In this document: positions 27,112 to 28,817 of the stretch, piece after piece
Layout of the letters: every line of letters begins with the position of its first letter
How positions within the stretch are numbered: position 1 is the first letter of the stretch
Source of the DNA: Paramicrosporidium saccamoebae KSL3
Taxonomy: Eukaryota; Fungi; Cryptomycota
Direction: 5' to 3'
NCBI GenBank assembly: GCA_002794465.1
Contig: MTSL01000201.1
Span: forward strand, 16,805-45,621
DNA length: 28,817 nt
The notes under the pieces: model-generated
Told to the model about the DNA's origin: nothing
The model's input: the letters and a program-made list of their open reading frames with translations, nothing else
Database searches by the model: none
Translations under genes and position numbers: made by a program

Positions 27112-28542
27112 ATGCCGCACTCCACTCCACGCCTTGTGTCGACCCGTGGTTCGTCCCAATGTGAGGACTTTACTTCCCTGAAGGTGCAGGGATTGTGTCC
27201 TGAAAACGGAGGGTTGTATGTACCCTCGCATTTCCCGCACGTAGGCCTGCCGGTCTTGGAATCGTGGCGGGGTTACAGCTTCCCTGTCCTGGCCCAGGCT
27301 GTCCTCTCCCTCTACCTCCCTGAGACAACCATCTCAACTGACGACTTGAAGCGATTGCTTGAAAAGTCGTTTAGTACGTTTGAAGACGAACGTGTCACTC
27401 CAATCGTGACAATTGATGCAAATTTCCATCTGTTAGAGTTGTATCGCGGTCCGACGCTCTCTTTTAAGGACATTGCTCTACAATTCCTTGGCAATTTCTT
27501 GGAGTATCTCGTCCAAAAGCAGACTGTGGATAAGCCTGTGGTTGTTTTGGGAGCCACAAGCGGGGACACTGGAAGCGCAGCAATTGCGGGCTTAGAAGGC
27601 AAAACGGGCATCAAGGTGGTTATATTGTATCCTGAAGGCAGAGTGTCTCTTGTGCAAGAACTGCAAATGATTACTGGAAATTCTGCCAATGTAACATGCC
27701 TAGCCTGTCCTGGCTCGTTTGATGAGTGTCAAACCTTGGTCAAGGAGGCGTTTGCCGATAAAGATGTGCAGGCTCGATTTCAGTTGCTTGGGATTAATTC
27801 GATTAACATTGTGAGGATTCTGGTGCAGACCGTCTACTACTTTTATTCATATCTACGTTTGGCAAAAAAGATTGGCGATTCTATCGATTATTCAGTGCCC
27901 ACTGGTAACTTTGGCGATATTCTGGCGGGCTACTATGCCAAACGTATGGGTCTACCGTTGGGTCAGCTGGTGATTGCTGCAAACTGTAATGACATCCTGC
28001 CCCGTTTCCTGAACACTGGGACGTACTCTCTAAACAATGTGGTGCCCACCATCAGTCCATCTATGGATATTCAAATCTCGAGCAACTTTGAGCGATACTT
28101 GTACGAATTGTCGGGAAGAAATTCGGAACAAGTAGCCACCTGGATGCATCAATTGAATACAGAGGGCAGTTTTTCCGTTTCCTCCACAGAACTCGCGCAA
28201 GCGAGACGCGACTTTTCTGGATACGTGGCCACCAGAGATGGCTGTCTTGAAACTATTGCGCAAATTGCACGACGCTCAGAGGGAACGATGGTGCTTGATC
28301 CACATTCGGCGATTGGTGTGAGTGCAGCCATTCAGGCCAGAAATCATGATATCCCTATAGTTTCACTGGCAACCGCCCATCCGGCAAAATTCCCTGATGC
28401 TGTTTCCAAGGCACTTGATACTGTGGGAATTAAGAATTCCCCATGGCTGTCACATCCGTCTATAACTGCGCTCGTTGGTAGAGAAAAGAATGTTGGCAAG
28501 TTGAGTATGTTTACGTTGGAAGCTCTTTTGAAATATTTGTAA
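27112..28542 (+). CDS. THR4: Threonine synthase (PLP fold type II), ~476 aa
   Basis: VSTRG, GGLYVP, GPTLSFKDIALQ (PLP Lys), GATSGDTGSAA, VPTGNFGDI, SPSMDIQISSNFER, LATAHPAKF. Start is ATG 27112 or 27094. Confidence 0.95.
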   Translation: MPHSTPRLVSTRGSSQCEDFTSLKVQGLCPENGGLYVPSHFPHVGLPVLESWRGYSFPVLAQAVLSLYLPETTISTDDLKRLLEKSFSTFEDERVTPIVTIDANFHLLELYRGPTLSFKDIALQFLGNFLEYLVQKQTVDKPVVVLGATSGDTGSAAIAGLEGKTGIKVVILYPEGRVSLVQELQMITGNSANVTCLACPGSFDECQTLVKEAFADKDVQARFQLLGINSINIVRILVQTVYYFYSYLRLAKKIGDSIDYSVPTGNFGDILAGYYAKRMGLPLGQLVIAANCNDILPRFLNTGTYSLNNVVPTISPSMDIQISSNFERYLYELSGRNSEQVATWMHQLNTEGSFSVSSTELAQARRDFSGYVATRDGCLETIAQIARRSEGTMVLDPHSAIGVSAAIQARNHDIPIVSLATAHPAKFPDAVSKALDTVGIKNSPWLSHPSITALVGREKNVGKLSMFTLEALLKYL

Positions 28543-28817
28543 TAAATGTGACGTGATGTAAAGGTGCCATGTACTTTTGCGAGGTTTGAGTAAAGATCCG
28601 ACAATCAATATCCGCTTGTTATTGGTGAGCCCGACTCGGATAGCGATTCCACAGTTTAGTGTGTCGAGGGTGGAAGTTTATAAAGGAGCCATCTACTTTT
28701 GGAAAAATAGGTTCGCCCTTCAGCAGACCCTTTATTGGTATTCCCGGTCCATAGTTATACCGTCCCACAGACACTATAAAGTAATCTTTTCCGCTCATTA
28801 ATAGGGCCTTTACTACA

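Noticed and set aside
3030-27112. Microsporidia-like CCC/GGG triplet just upstream of start codons
   Set aside because: Present before roughly two-thirds of the ATGs, but a triplet in 25 nt is common by chance. Needs a genome-wide test.
1-28817. tRNA, rRNA, snRNA, RNase P/MRP RNA or transposon sequences
   Set aside because: By eye I found no cloverleaf/T-loop context, U1/U2/U5/U6 signature, terminal inverted repeats, LTRs, or transposase/RT ORFs. Divergent ncRNAs in the larger spacers cannot be excluded without Infernal.

Overview
Gene-dense eukaryotic (fungal-type) DNA with about 23 protein-coding genes and no recognisable RNA gene, transposon or CRISPR array. The genes, in order: UPF2, SEC62, an orphan mitochondrial RRM-like protein, a truncated delta-COP, TAF8, RAD18, a GT-A glycosyltransferase-like protein, RPS28, RPS15, RPP2, an RsmB/NOP2 m5C methyltransferase, a CUL2-type cullin, PAM18, TPPP/p25alpha, RRP1, FPGS, SNU66/SART1, an orphan secreted repeat protein, a 3x dsRBD protein, POP5, GRS1 and THR4. 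I reconstructed 22 introns by hand; every spliced model gives an intact frame. The 19 non-ribosomal-protein introns are 27-36 nt, and 21 of all 22 end in TAG. Tiny introns, spacers down to 13 nt, CUL2 and a degenerate TPPP suggest a compacted early-diverging fungus, most likely a rozellid such as Paramicrosporidium (inference, not verifiable here). The most interesting signals are: (1) a distinct intron class in the three clustered ribosomal-protein genes (longer, G[T/C]AAGTGT donors, shared CCAT-repeat element); (2) two dispersed motifs seen only in intergenic spacers (AATAAAGGG[T]CTG and ACTACGCGACA); (3) a delta-COP lacking its mu-homology domain and abutting a 39-bp minisatellite with dimeric structure; (4) an orphan secreted protein with a hidden ~77-aa duplication behind a CCAAT cluster; (5) a dsRBD x3 plus RS-tail protein; (6) a probable non-AUG mitochondrial GRS1 isoform overlapping THR4.
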